From Candidatus Bathyarchaeota archaeon (lineage in GTDB: Archaea; Thermoproteota; Bathyarchaeia; Bathyarchaeales; Bathycorpusculaceae): a DNA stretch of 64,000 nt. The DNA lies in NCBI GenBank assembly GCA_963739305.1, contig CAVTZU010000024.1, forward strand, positions 10,245 through 74,244, in the 5' to 3' direction. Positions 1-9,427 of the stretch are shown here, piece after piece. Every line of letters begins with the position of its first letter. The stretch's first letter is position 1. A model generated the notes under the pieces. The model worked only from the letters and a program-made list of their open reading frames with translations, was not told where the DNA came from and ran no database searches. The position numbers and the translations under genes are program-made.

Positions 1-1
1 C

Positions 2-742
2 TGCGATCCGCGATTCAAGCCTGACATGATCAAAATCTACCCATGCCTCGTCTTGAAAGGGACCAAGGCTTTCGACTGGTATACGCAGGGCAGTTACAAT
101 CCCTACACAACAAGTGAGGCAGCTGATCTCATAAAGGAGGTTAAGAAAATGACCCCGCCTTGGATCCGAATAATGCGAGTTCAACGTGACATCCCAGCGC
201 GGCTGATAGAAGCAGGCGTCAAAAAAAGCAACCTTCGACAAATTGTTCAGAACCAACTCCAAAAAGAAGCTGCAGAATGTCGGTGCATCCGCTGCAGGGA
301 AGTTGGCCACAAGACAATAAACTCAGGCGTGAACGTTGATCCCGAAAGGGTTCAAATCGTTGACACAAGATACAAAGCTTCTGAAGGTCAAGAGATCTTT
401 CTCTCAGCAGAGGACCCCGTCAACGACGCCATCATTGGTTACCTGAGACTGCGAGTCCCATCAGCACACGCTCATCGACCGGAAATCAAAGCAGCACCAT
501 GCACGCTCGTAAGAGAGCTGCACATCTACGGTTCTCTCGTCCCCGTCGGAAAACACTTGGCAAAGGCCTGGCAACACAAAGGTTATGGGGGCATCCTTCT
601 CTCCGAGGCCGAACGCATTACTCAGGAGAACTACAGTTTTAAGAAGATTTCAGTCATAAGTGCTCTCGGCACAAAACAATACTATAGAAGATTCGGCTAC
701 AGTTATGACGGTGTCTACATGTCCAAAGTGTTGGAGGATTAA
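2..742 (+). CDS. elp3: Elp3 tRNA uridine(34) acetyltransferase, C-terminal part (5' end outside window)
   Basis: Frame open from window edge (DPRFKPDMIKIYP); RIMRVQRDIP, CRCIRCRE and GNAT motifs VRELHIYG, WQHKGYG. Confidence 0.93.
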   Translation, partial: CDPRFKPDMIKIYPCLVLKGTKAFDWYTQGSYNPYTTSEAADLIKEVKKMTPPWIRIMRVQRDIPARLIEAGVKKSNLRQIVQNQLQKEAAECRCIRCREVGHKTINSGVNVDPERVQIVDTRYKASEGQEIFLSAEDPVNDAIIGYLRLRVPSAHAHRPEIKAAPCTLVRELHIYGSLVPVGKHLAKAWQHKGYGGILLSEAERITQENYSFKKISVISALGTKQYYRRFGYSYDGVYMSKVLED

Positions 743-743
743 A

Positions 744-2081
744 ATGACCGGCGAAGAAACAGGATATCACGGGAAGGCGCTAGACGCAATAAAGAAGGTT
801 CATGTTAACATCGGTGACATACTCAGAATATCAAGAGAAAGTGAAATCTACGAAGGCACCTTGATCCCACGATCAGAGTATGGTGATGAAAAACACGTCG
901 TCGTGAAACTGAAGAATGGATACAACATCGGCGTGGAGATAACCCCTGAAACGATAATCGAAAAAATCGGTGAAGGCGCAAAGCCGACTTTTTCTCCGCC
1001 TCCGCTACCTGAGCAGAAGGCAAAACTGCCCAAAGTTGCCATAGTCAGTACTGGCGGCACGATAGCAAGCCGCGTCGACTATCGAACTGGAGGCGTTCGC
1101 CCAGCCCTCAGCGCCAGTGACCTCTACAGCGTGGTTCCCGAATTGGCCGACGTTGCGCGCATAGAGACTCAGATATTTCTAAGCATTTTTAGCGAAGACA
1201 TAACCCAGCAACACTGGTCGGAAATCGCAAAGACGGTAGCGGGGAAAATATCCGAAGGAGTGAATGGAGTTGTCATAGCTCATGGAACGGACACAATGGG
1301 ATTCACCGCCGCGGCCCTGAGCTTCGCCTTGCAGGATCTTCCCGTTCCAGTAATACTAGTCGGCGCACAGCGTTCAGCAGACAGACCGAGCTCGGATGCC
1401 GCAACAAATCTGTTCGGCGCGGTCCTCGCTGCAGCAGAAGCACCTTTCGCCGAGGTCGTGGTCGCAATGCACGAAACACCATCAGACAGTTCGATAGCAC
1501 TCCACAAAGGAGCAAAAGTCCGGAAATGCCACACAAGCAGAAGAGACGCATTCAAGTCAATCAACGCTTTGCCAATGGCCCGAATAGAAGATCAGAAGCT
1601 AACTATGCTCACGCAAGATTATCGCAGGAGAGACCCATCGAGAAAACTTCACTTGAAACCCGAATTCGAAGAAAAAGTCGCCATGATCAAGTTCCACCCA
1701 GGACTTGACCCTGCCATAATAGATTTCTATACAGAAAAATGCTACAGAGGCATCATCCTTGAAGGCACGGGACTAGGCCATGTGAGCAAACGCTGTCACA
1801 TCGCAATAAGGAAAGCTATCGAAAAGAAAGTTGTAGTAGCGATGACCTCTCAGTGTATCTGGGGTCGCGTCAACATGAATGTTTACAACGCTGGTCGTGA
1901 CTTGCAGGCTTTAGGTATCATTCCTCTTGAAGACATGCTTCCTGAGACCGCTCTTGTCAAGCTCATGTGGGTTCTTGGACAGACAAGAGATCTCGATGAA
2001 GAAAAGAGACTCCTGAAAACAAATATTGCAGGTGAACTCTCGCCGAGGACTCTGCCTGAAGAGCTCATCCGCGAAGGATAG
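744..2081 (+). CDS. gatD: Glu-tRNA(Gln) amidotransferase subunit D
   Basis: KLKNGYNIG N-domain, TGGTIASRVDY, HGTDT, GAQRSADRPSSD; ATG 744 after GGAGGA; followed by gatE. Confidence 0.96.
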   Translation: MTGEETGYHGKALDAIKKVHVNIGDILRISRESEIYEGTLIPRSEYGDEKHVVVKLKNGYNIGVEITPETIIEKIGEGAKPTFSPPPLPEQKAKLPKVAIVSTGGTIASRVDYRTGGVRPALSASDLYSVVPELADVARIETQIFLSIFSEDITQQHWSEIAKTVAGKISEGVNGVVIAHGTDTMGFTAAALSFALQDLPVPVILVGAQRSADRPSSDAATNLFGAVLAAAEAPFAEVVVAMHETPSDSSIALHKGAKVRKCHTSRRDAFKSINALPMARIEDQKLTMLTQDYRRRDPSRKLHLKPEFEEKVAMIKFHPGLDPAIIDFYTEKCYRGIILEGTGLGHVSKRCHIAIRKAIEKKVVVAMTSQCIWGRVNMNVYNAGRDLQALGIIPLEDMLPETALVKLMWVLGQTRDLDEEKRLLKTNIAGELSPRTLPEELIREG

Positions 2082-2084
2082 GAA

Positions 2085-3998
2085 GTGACAAGGTTGGCAA
2101 TTGACTATGAAACGATCGGTTTGAAAGTGGGACTGGAAATTCACCAGCAATTGAACACTGCACAAAAGCTATTTTGCAGCTGCAAACCGGGTCTCTTCAA
2201 GGATGAGCCAGAGATAACATTTCTTCGGAGATTGAGACCAACGCAGAGCGAGTTGGGTCAAGTTGACCCTGCAGCCTATTTTGAATTTCAGAAAGGAGTC
2301 AAAATCCTCTACGAAGCGAACCGCGAAACTTCATGTCTCGTGGAAATGGACGAGGAGCCGCCTCACGCGCTAAACCTGGAGGCCGTTGAAATAGTTATAA
2401 CGGCTGCGTTAATGATGAACGCGAAGCCTGTAAGTGAAGTCCACGTTATGCGCAAAACGGTTATTGATGGCTCGAACACAACAGGGTTCCAAAGAACATG
2501 TGCGATAGCTCTCAACGGAGAAATAAAAGTTGGTAACAAGAAAATTCCAATTCAACATGCGAGTCTAGAAGAGGACGCCGCAAGAAAAACAGGCGAAGCA
2601 GAATCAAACACTATAAGATATCGAATAGACCGACTGGGCATACCATTGATCGAAGTGGCAACAGGACCCACGATAAGATCACCGAAGGAAGCAGAAGAAG
2701 TTGCCCTCGCAATCGGAAGAATATTGAGAGCAACCGGGAAAGTCATTCGAGGGCTCGGATCAATTCGGCAAGACATCAACATATCACTTCCGAACGGTGC
2801 ACTCATAGAAATCAAAGGGCTGCAGGAACTTGAACTCGTTTCTCTCGTTGTGGAATACGAAGTTCAACGTCAACTCAACCTGATCAAGATTATGGAAGAG
2901 CTCAATAAGAAGAGGGCAAGTGAAGAACTACTGAAAGATGATTTTCTAAGTGTAAAAGGAGTGTTTACGAACACAAAATGCAAAGTAGTGCAGAAAGCCC
3001 TTGAGAGAAACCTCGAAGTTCTGGCAGTTTGCTTGCCAAAATTCAATGGAATGCTGAAGTGGGAACTGGGCCCAGGACTAAGGCTCGGAACAGAGATGGC
3101 AGACCGAGCAAGATTCTGGGGGAAAGTAGGAGGGATATTTCACACAGACGAGTTACCGGCTTATGGAATAACAACAGAAGAAATAGATAGTCTGAGAGAG
3201 GCTGTTGAAGCGAAAGAGGAAGATGCGGTTGTGTTTGTGGCAGACAGGCTCGAGAACGCCGAAGACGCTCTGAGATCAGTTGTCGAAAGGGCTCGCGAAG
3301 CTCTAAGAGGTGTGCCGCAGGAAACCAGAGCGCCAAACGCCGATGGCACGACACGTTACATGAGACCGCGACCTGGAGCAGCGAGAATGTATCCCGAAAC
3401 GGACATACCGCCAGTTGAGATAAAAAATGAACACGTGAGCGAAGTTCGTTCTCACCTTCCTGAACTGCCTGAACAGAAGCTTGACCGACTGCAAAAAGAG
3501 TACAAACTGAATGATAAGTTGGCAAAACAAGTCCTCAACTCTGAATATGGGGAGCTTTTTGAAACCATAGTAAAAGAAAGCAAAGTTATGCCGACAACTG
3601 TCGCAGCATTCATGACTGAGACTCTTAAATCCTTAAGAAGAGATGGCATTACCTTAGACAAAATCTCAGATGACCAAATCCGTGAAACCTTCAGACTTGT
3701 GGGCGAGGGAAAGATAAGCAGAGAAGCAGTAGCAGAAATTATTTCTTGGATATCAAAAGAAAAAGACAAGACAGTTCAAGATGCCATCAAAAAGCTGGGA
3801 ATGCAGAGCATTTCAAGAGACGAACTGGACAAAGTCGTCACCAAAATAGTCGAGGATAACAAGCATCTTGTCGAGACGCGTGGTGAAGACAGCTTCGGAG
3901 CGTTGATGGGCATCGCCATGAAAACCCTTCGAGGAAAGGCAGACGCGGCGCTCGTGAGCAAGATCCTAAAAGAAAAAGTCAAGGAAGCAATGAAGTAG
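2085..3998 (+). CDS. gatE: Glu-tRNA(Gln) amidotransferase subunit E
   Basis: GLEIHQQL, KLFCSC, DGSNTTGFQRT, LEEDAARK, RPRPGAARMYPETDIPP. Confidence 0.97.
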   Translation: MTRLAIDYETIGLKVGLEIHQQLNTAQKLFCSCKPGLFKDEPEITFLRRLRPTQSELGQVDPAAYFEFQKGVKILYEANRETSCLVEMDEEPPHALNLEAVEIVITAALMMNAKPVSEVHVMRKTVIDGSNTTGFQRTCAIALNGEIKVGNKKIPIQHASLEEDAARKTGEAESNTIRYRIDRLGIPLIEVATGPTIRSPKEAEEVALAIGRILRATGKVIRGLGSIRQDINISLPNGALIEIKGLQELELVSLVVEYEVQRQLNLIKIMEELNKKRASEELLKDDFLSVKGVFTNTKCKVVQKALERNLEVLAVCLPKFNGMLKWELGPGLRLGTEMADRARFWGKVGGIFHTDELPAYGITTEEIDSLREAVEAKEEDAVVFVADRLENAEDALRSVVERAREALRGVPQETRAPNADGTTRYMRPRPGAARMYPETDIPPVEIKNEHVSEVRSHLPELPEQKLDRLQKEYKLNDKLAKQVLNSEYGELFETIVKESKVMPTTVAAFMTETLKSLRRDGITLDKISDDQIRETFRLVGEGKISREAVAEIISWISKEKDKTVQDAIKKLGMQSISRDELDKVVTKIVEDNKHLVETRGEDSFGALMGIAMKTLRGKADAALVSKILKEKVKEAMK

Positions 3999-4635
3999 AA
4001 TTTAGAAGCTTCCCATCAGGTACGGTGAGTTTGGAAGACCCGAGCAACTTGGCATCTTCACCGCAGTATGGGCAAACCTTGAATTCAGGCAGCAACGGCT
4101 TCCCGCATGCGAGACAGACGTAGGAATACTTCATCGAACCCTCAAGCTTCTCCACTTCCTTTGTCAAGTCCGTCAATTCCATTCGTATTAAGTCGATAGT
4201 CGTGGTCAACGGTTGAATCCCCTTGACCTCAGTCCTTACGTTTGTGATCAGGTCCTTGACGCTTGAAATCGTCGCGTTACTGGACTCGATCGTCTCGTAC
4301 ATTGCATCAAGGACTTCGCTTTTGTCCTCTACCATCTTTGACTCGGCAAGGCTCTGTCTCTTAGCGTCGCAAAGCACTTTGTTCAGGAACTGCTCCATAG
4401 GGTTTTCAAAAGCGACTGCGCAGGTTATTCCCCAAAAGGAAATACTTGCAATGGCTGACAGCCAGAGATACGTGACAGGGTTAATGGTAGCCAGTTTTTG
4501 GCCTATGAGTGGATACATACTAATCAGCTTGATCTGGGCGCCGGTTATCAGAACATAGATGGATTCTATCAGGTGCGCCACAGAAAAGAAAGTCAACGAG
4601 CTGAAGATCCAGACTGCGAGCCCCTTCTTTGCCAA
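3979..4635 (-). CDS. Membrane protein with coiled coil and C-terminal zinc ribbon
   Basis: Two N-terminal hydrophobic helices, heptad-rich middle, CLACG...CPYCG. Confidence 0.75.
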   Translation of the reverse strand: MAKKGLAVWIFSSLTFFSVAHLIESIYVLITGAQIKLISMYPLIGQKLATINPVTYLWLSAIASISFWGITCAVAFENPMEQFLNKVLCDAKRQSLAESKMVEDKSEVLDAMYETIESSNATISSVKDLITNVRTEVKGIQPLTTTIDLIRMELTDLTKEVEKLEGSMKYSYVCLACGKPLLPEFKVCPYCGEDAKLLGSSKLTVPDGKLLNSTSLLP

Positions 4636-4675
4636 GTGTCATCCCCGCGTCGTTAGTAGCGAATATAGACACACT

Positions 4676-4700
4676 ATTGTATCTTAATATTTAATACAAT
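4676..4700. promoter_or_regulatory. Palindromic putative operator ATTGT-N15-ACAAT in divergent promoter
   Basis: ATTGTAT/ATACAAT inverted repeat enclosing TATA-like TTAATATTTAA; same TTGT-N15-ACAA spacing as 6811..6834. Confidence 0.4.
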
Positions 4701-4878
4701 GCTTCCGACCTAAAGCATATGTCAGAACTCGACATATATCGACAATCGATTCTGCCAATTGAAAAACTCTCATGGAAAAACTTGCGAGCTTCATCCCACG
4801 CAATAGCCACAACACATCATCTTCACGGAAGCATGTTATACACAAATCCTAAAAGCAGTTGCACCTTTCCTATATCAA

Positions 4879-5385
4879 GTGATTAATGTGCCGGACAAGA
4901 CGACGAAGACAATTCATGGTAACTTTTCTTTTCGGCTGAAAACCAGTGACTATGAGGTTGAGATCAACGGGAGCCACCAAGAAGTCCTGGACACAATCAA
5001 GGACTTGCCAAACCTGGTAGTTAACGTCGACAAAGCCTTCGAAAAACTCAAGCCCAGAAAAATAGCCACCTTAACCGTCAAGACAGAACCCGCAAATCCC
5101 CAAAAAACAGCTCAACAGTACCCCAAAATAGCATCCTCAGAGAAGCTAGATGAAGCAATCCTAAGAATCCTAGAAACTGACTGGGGAAAATGGCGCCCAC
5201 GAACGATTGACGAGCTGGATGAAGCCCTCCGAGCGAACGGAATGGAACAATCAACACGAACACTCGGAGCAATCTTAACGGAATTGGTTAAGAAAGGGAA
5301 AGTTAGACGATGGAACACAAACGCTGGAAACGTCTTCATACTGGCAGAAAAAGAAGCCCTCCGTTCTCGGGGAGAAGTTGAATGA
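4879..5385 (+). CDS. Hypothetical protein, N-terminal beta-hairpin plus C-terminal winged helix (paralog 1 of 4)
   Basis: FRLKTSDYEVEING; wHTH-like RTIDELDEAL...LTELVKKGKVRR; overlaps next gene (ATGA). Confidence 0.75.
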   Translation: MINVPDKTTKTIHGNFSFRLKTSDYEVEINGSHQEVLDTIKDLPNLVVNVDKAFEKLKPRKIATLTVKTEPANPQKTAQQYPKIASSEKLDEAILRILETDWGKWRPRTIDELDEALRANGMEQSTRTLGAILTELVKKGKVRRWNTNAGNVFILAEKEALRSRGEVE

Positions 5386-5852
5386 GCAAGGTTGCAATCA
5401 AGATAAAAACGTCGTTTGGCGAAGTCACAATCGAGGGAGAAAATCCGCAAGAAATCTTGGGAACGCTCGAAAGCTTCCCTGAAGGCTTCATGGAGAAGGT
5501 TTCAGAACTCGTTACAAGCCGCTTGGCGCCCTCAAGTATTCAGCTGAAAGGAATAGTCGAATCCACGACAGCGGGACCCGTTATAGTAGCACGTGAAAAC
5601 CTCACTCATTATGAAGCCATAGGTTTGACTTTGTACGCCTCAGAGGAGAAGAAGAGCACCGCAGCGCAAATCCAAAAACTCTTGGAATCAAGCGGAATTA
5701 AGTGCATGGTTCCGGCACGTTTGAACGAGATGACGAAAAGAGGCCAAGTGTTCAAACCAGACCCAAACAGACCCGAGTTCAAACTGACGATACAAGGCGA
5801 AAAATGGGTCGAGGACGAAGTCCTCGCCAAACTCAGAGGAAAAATGGGTTGA
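5382..5852 (+). CDS. Hypothetical protein, beta-hairpin plus winged helix (paralog 2 of 4)
   Basis: IKIKTSFGEVTIEG; RLNEMTKRGQV...FKLTIQG. Confidence 0.75.
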   Translation: MSKVAIKIKTSFGEVTIEGENPQEILGTLESFPEGFMEKVSELVTSRLAPSSIQLKGIVESTTAGPVIVARENLTHYEAIGLTLYASEEKKSTAAQIQKLLESSGIKCMVPARLNEMTKRGQVFKPDPNRPEFKLTIQGEKWVEDEVLAKLRGKMG

Positions 5853-6362
5853 CGCATGAACCTAACCGTGTAACTGTTCAGGTTAAGCATAACAATTCTG
5901 AAGAAACTTTTTCAGGCACCCCAGAACAAGTGTGGTTGCTGCTCGACAGATTTTTCCGTCAATATCCTTCCCTCATTCGAGACTGCTAAGAGACTATCTT
6001 TGCAGGTGGACCTGCAATTAATCGCACGAGATTGCGAAAACGTCATCGGTCTTGCAGACGAGGGCCCATACATACTCGTTCCAAGGAACAAATTGACAGA
6101 CAATGAAACTCTTGCGTTACTACTCCTTGCCAACTACATCGGTAACCGTATGGGCAAAGTGCAAAGTGAAGGACTTTCGAAGGAAGAGCTACAGTTAAGA
6201 CTTGGAAAGGATGCGAAAATCACGAGCACACGCCTGGGCGAACTGGTGAAAAACGAAATAGTCGTTAGAACTGCCGACGAAAAATACAAGATCACAACTT
6301 TTGGGCTCGTTCAAATGCAAAAGGACATCTTGCCGAAAGTCAAATCAAAAACTGGCATTTAG
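5849..6362 (+). CDS. Hypothetical protein, beta-hairpin plus winged helix (paralog 3 of 4), frameshift near 5955
   Basis: TTG 5849 overlaps upstream stop; VTVQVKHNNSEETFSG...LLDRFF continues in another frame as NILPSFETAKRL and joins ORF 6000..6362 (RLGELVKNEIV...YKITTFG). Confidence 0.7.
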
Positions 6363-6385
6363 GTCCGACTCCTCAAAGCACGTCG

Positions 6386-6787
6386 CTAAGTTGGCGGCCT
6401 CTTTTGTGCATATTGATATCTTCGGGGTTTTCCTTCCCTCGTCAGAATTCCGTCCTTAACGAGATCAATTAAGGCGTGGGCTACTGCCGTTCGATCATAG
6501 TGAAAACCGCGCCTTGCCAACTCGCTGTGAACCTCACCTAAACCTTTGGCGACGCCAAACCATCCTTCCTGCCAAAGCTTTTGGATCACGCCCTTACATG
6601 TTTCGGCTCTTGGTGCAGATGCATATCTCTCGGCAATAAGTGGACTCTCTTTCAGTTTCTCGGTCACCGTCGAGAGAATCTTGTCCACTGTGGGCTGAAG
6701 CTGATCTTCTTGGCATTCTATTTCGAATTCTATCTCGCCTATTTTCATCTTTAGCCGTATGGGAGGTTTGGCTTCTTGTTCGGTCAA
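6386..6787 (-). CDS. Hypothetical protein, beta-hairpin plus winged helix (paralog 4 of 4)
   Basis: IRLKMKIGEIEFEIE; LIDLVKDGILTREG..RRYQY; probable TTG start 6787 after AGGTGA (ATG 6805 alternative). Confidence 0.75.
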   Translation of the reverse strand: MTEQEAKPPIRLKMKIGEIEFEIECQEDQLQPTVDKILSTVTEKLKESPLIAERYASAPRAETCKGVIQKLWQEGWFGVAKGLGEVHSELARRGFHYDRTAVAHALIDLVKDGILTREGKPRRYQYAQKRPPT

Positions 6788-6810
6788 CGGCTCACCTTGT
6801 TGCATATTGT

Positions 6811-6834
6811 ATTGTGCATCTTGTACATGCACAA
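6811..6834. promoter_or_regulatory. Palindromic putative operator TTGTGCAT-N7-ATGCACAA in divergent promoter of wHTH paralog 4 and nurA
   Basis: Perfect 8-bp inverted repeat directly before TATA-like CTTAAATA. Confidence 0.45.
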
Positions 6835-6877
6835 CACTTAAATATCTCTTCCCCAAACAATTGGCTATTGGTGAATC

Positions 6878-7960
6878 TTGGTGATTGCACAATACCATAT
6901 TGGTACAACACCAAAATATAACTTTCCACAATCCAACCTCGACACGCTTCTTCCACAACAATTCACTCAACTCAGCCTACGTTCATTGAAGCGCACGAGA
7001 AACCCAATATTTCCACTAGACCAGCAAATCTGCCAACAAAGCGGCGATGAAAACAACCTGCAAACACTGAGACTGAGGTTTGCGCCTGTGTTTTTGAAAC
7101 CTTGCCACAAAGACACGCTCGTTGCAGCTGTTGACACGTCAACGATGAAAATCGCCGAGACAAACGCCGGCATTGTCATAGCAGTCAGAGGAGCAAATGT
7201 ATGGAAACAAAACGGAAACTACCGATATACTCGAATGGGCCCTTTCATATTCCACATTACAGAAGACAACAGGAGAGAAGTCTACAACAACCTTGAAAAA
7301 TCCTACTTCAACTCCAAACGCGAACCCAGCCATCAAAGTGCACCAAGCCTGATGCAAATGCCCATGCGAATAGCAAGTCTTCTAGAAAGGTGGTTACAGG
7401 CCATGCTCACGAAAACCCTAAACAACGGACTGATTCTTTTTGACGGATCGCTAATCGCAGGAACGGCCGACACACCAATTCATCGAATGGCTGAAATTCT
7501 GGCGAGAGGAAGGGAGAGAGGCAACACGGTCTTGGCATTCTCGAAAATGACAAACCTCAGAGTCAACGGTTGCCTCATCACAGACTATGCGCTCGAACAC
7601 CGACCTCCATACCTGCTTGAAACAGTTGGTCTGAAACTTAGGCCACCAATGGTTTCGATGGGGGACGTCTATGTTTCCAAACTGAGCAAAGGAAACTGGG
7701 CATTCCGACTGGACGTTGACCATCAGGTTTCTCCAGCTCAACGAATTGAATCCGTCGAGAAACTTCTTGGAAACGATCTGATCTCGCAAGGTTATCCTGA
7801 AACCCTTCGTCTTGCCCACATTCTTTGCACTTTTACTGCAAACGAAGTGTTAGCCATGAAACACTTCATCACCCGCAAGTGCAGGCTTCAGATCATTAAC
7901 AGACCAGACATGCACAAGCTTTTGTTCGGCCCGTTTGGAAAAGGGGAAAGCTACTCATGA
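6878..7960 (+). CDS. nurA: NurA-domain nuclease
   Basis: VAAVDTS, ILFDGSL, FSK, FRLD, GYPETLRLAH motifs; coupled (ATGA) to HerA-like gene. Confidence 0.8.
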   Translation: MVIAQYHIGTTPKYNFPQSNLDTLLPQQFTQLSLRSLKRTRNPIFPLDQQICQQSGDENNLQTLRLRFAPVFLKPCHKDTLVAAVDTSTMKIAETNAGIVIAVRGANVWKQNGNYRYTRMGPFIFHITEDNRREVYNNLEKSYFNSKREPSHQSAPSLMQMPMRIASLLERWLQAMLTKTLNNGLILFDGSLIAGTADTPIHRMAEILARGRERGNTVLAFSKMTNLRVNGCLITDYALEHRPPYLLETVGLKLRPPMVSMGDVYVSKLSKGNWAFRLDVDHQVSPAQRIESVEKLLGNDLISQGYPETLRLAHILCTFTANEVLAMKHFITRKCRLQIINRPDMHKLLFGPFGKGESYS

Positions 7961-9411
7961 AACTATACAGAAAAGAAGGCAATATACTTCAGATACTCAG
8001 TTTTCCAAACGAGACTGTCGAAAAAGGAGACTATCTGCTTGTTGAGGACGCAGAAGAGGGAAGAGCTCTGATCGTTCAAGTAATCGATGTTCAGTTCGCA
8101 ACCATACCAGGCGTTCTCGAAGAACTCCTTCGAAGTTTGCCGGATGGCGGCGAAATGATCCAAGGCGAAGATGTTGATCCACTCGAAATTGCGCCGCACA
8201 TCACTTACATGCAAGATGCAAGCCTGCTTGTCTGCAAAATCAGAGCCACGGTCGAAAACGAAAGTCTAAGTCCAAGCAGCTCGTGGCTGCCTTCGCGTTC
8301 ACAATCGACGATAAAGAAACTCCCGATACCAACGCTTCTGAGCCTCGCAAAAACAAGCGGAAAACTCCCGATTATAGTTGGGACGGCGAAGGATTCTTCA
8401 CTTTTAACCATAGACGCTTCGTCATTGGATGGAAGACTTAACATAATAACCGGAAAAAAGGAAACCGGCAAATCACATCTCTCTAAGCTGCTTATGGTAA
8501 ACCTGGTCCACTACAAGGCAACTGTGGTTGTCTTCGACTTGAACGGCGAATACGTGAGTCTAGGGATGACTTCAGATGGAAAAATAAACGTTAACTTCGA
8601 AAAAATACACGTGCTGACGCCTTCCCAGAACTTCAAAGTAGCCCTGAAGCAAGTGGGCCTTCATATTCTACTCGGCATTCTCGTCCATGCGTTGCATTTG
8701 CCAGGCACTTCTTCCAGAGAATTCAGACGCATTTGGAAGGAGCTGCGGGACAAAAACATGCTCACCCTGAACGAGTTAGGGGAGACAATACGCAATTGGA
8801 ACTGCAATCAGCATGTCCGGGACGCTCTATTCTCGCGTTACCACGCCCTCGTGAACTCAGGCTTCTTCACCGACAACATTGCCGAAGCTGCGCTTCTCGA
8901 GGAATCATTCCTGAAAGCGAAGGAGAATGGCGGGGCCATAATCATAAATCTCAGAAATACTTCAACGATGGATCGCCAAATAGTCGTGGAATACATTCTA
9001 GGCAAACTAGTTGAATCGCTCACCAGTTACAGACTCAAGGCAGCGTTTCTGTTTGCCGAAGAAGCACATCTCTATTTGCGCGAAACTTACTGGGATGACA
9101 TAGTGACCCGCATGAGGCATTTTGGAATCTTCACTACGTTTATCACCAATCAGCCTGACACAATCCGAGAAAACATCTACCGTCAAGCTGACAACATATT
9201 CCTATTCAATTTTACCAATGAGCATGACTTGGATGTGGTTTCAAGGGCTGCTCGAGTGGATGCTGAAACTGTAAGATCAATTGCACGGGATCTGCCCCCA
9301 CATTACTGCCTAGCACTTGGCAGATCTGTTCGTGATTTTCCAATTGTTGCAAAAGTGAGAGCACTCGATCTTAAGACCATGGGAGAAACGAGACTTTTCT
9401 TTACTCCTTGA
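7957..9411 (+). CDS. herA: HerA/FtsK-family (DUF87) ATPase with HAS-barrel-like N-terminus
   Basis: Walker A GKKETGKS, VVFDLNGEY, Walker B FLFAEEAH, RMRHFG, TNQP. Confidence 0.82.
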   Translation: MKLYRKEGNILQILSFPNETVEKGDYLLVEDAEEGRALIVQVIDVQFATIPGVLEELLRSLPDGGEMIQGEDVDPLEIAPHITYMQDASLLVCKIRATVENESLSPSSSWLPSRSQSTIKKLPIPTLLSLAKTSGKLPIIVGTAKDSSLLTIDASSLDGRLNIITGKKETGKSHLSKLLMVNLVHYKATVVVFDLNGEYVSLGMTSDGKINVNFEKIHVLTPSQNFKVALKQVGLHILLGILVHALHLPGTSSREFRRIWKELRDKNMLTLNELGETIRNWNCNQHVRDALFSRYHALVNSGFFTDNIAEAALLEESFLKAKENGGAIIINLRNTSTMDRQIVVEYILGKLVESLTSYRLKAAFLFAEEAHLYLRETYWDDIVTRMRHFGIFTTFITNQPDTIRENIYRQADNIFLFNFTNEHDLDVVSRAARVDAETVRSIARDLPPHYCLALGRSVRDFPIVAKVRALDLKTMGETRLFFTP

Positions 9412-9427
9412 AAAACCACAAAAGCCA

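Noticed and set aside
660-743. N-terminal extension of gatD in the ORF track
   Set aside because: Overlaps elp3; ATG 744 has an SD and matches the family start
6806-6970. N-terminal extension of ORF 6386..6970
   Set aside because: Overlaps nurA and the divergent promoter; homology to paralogs begins after 6787
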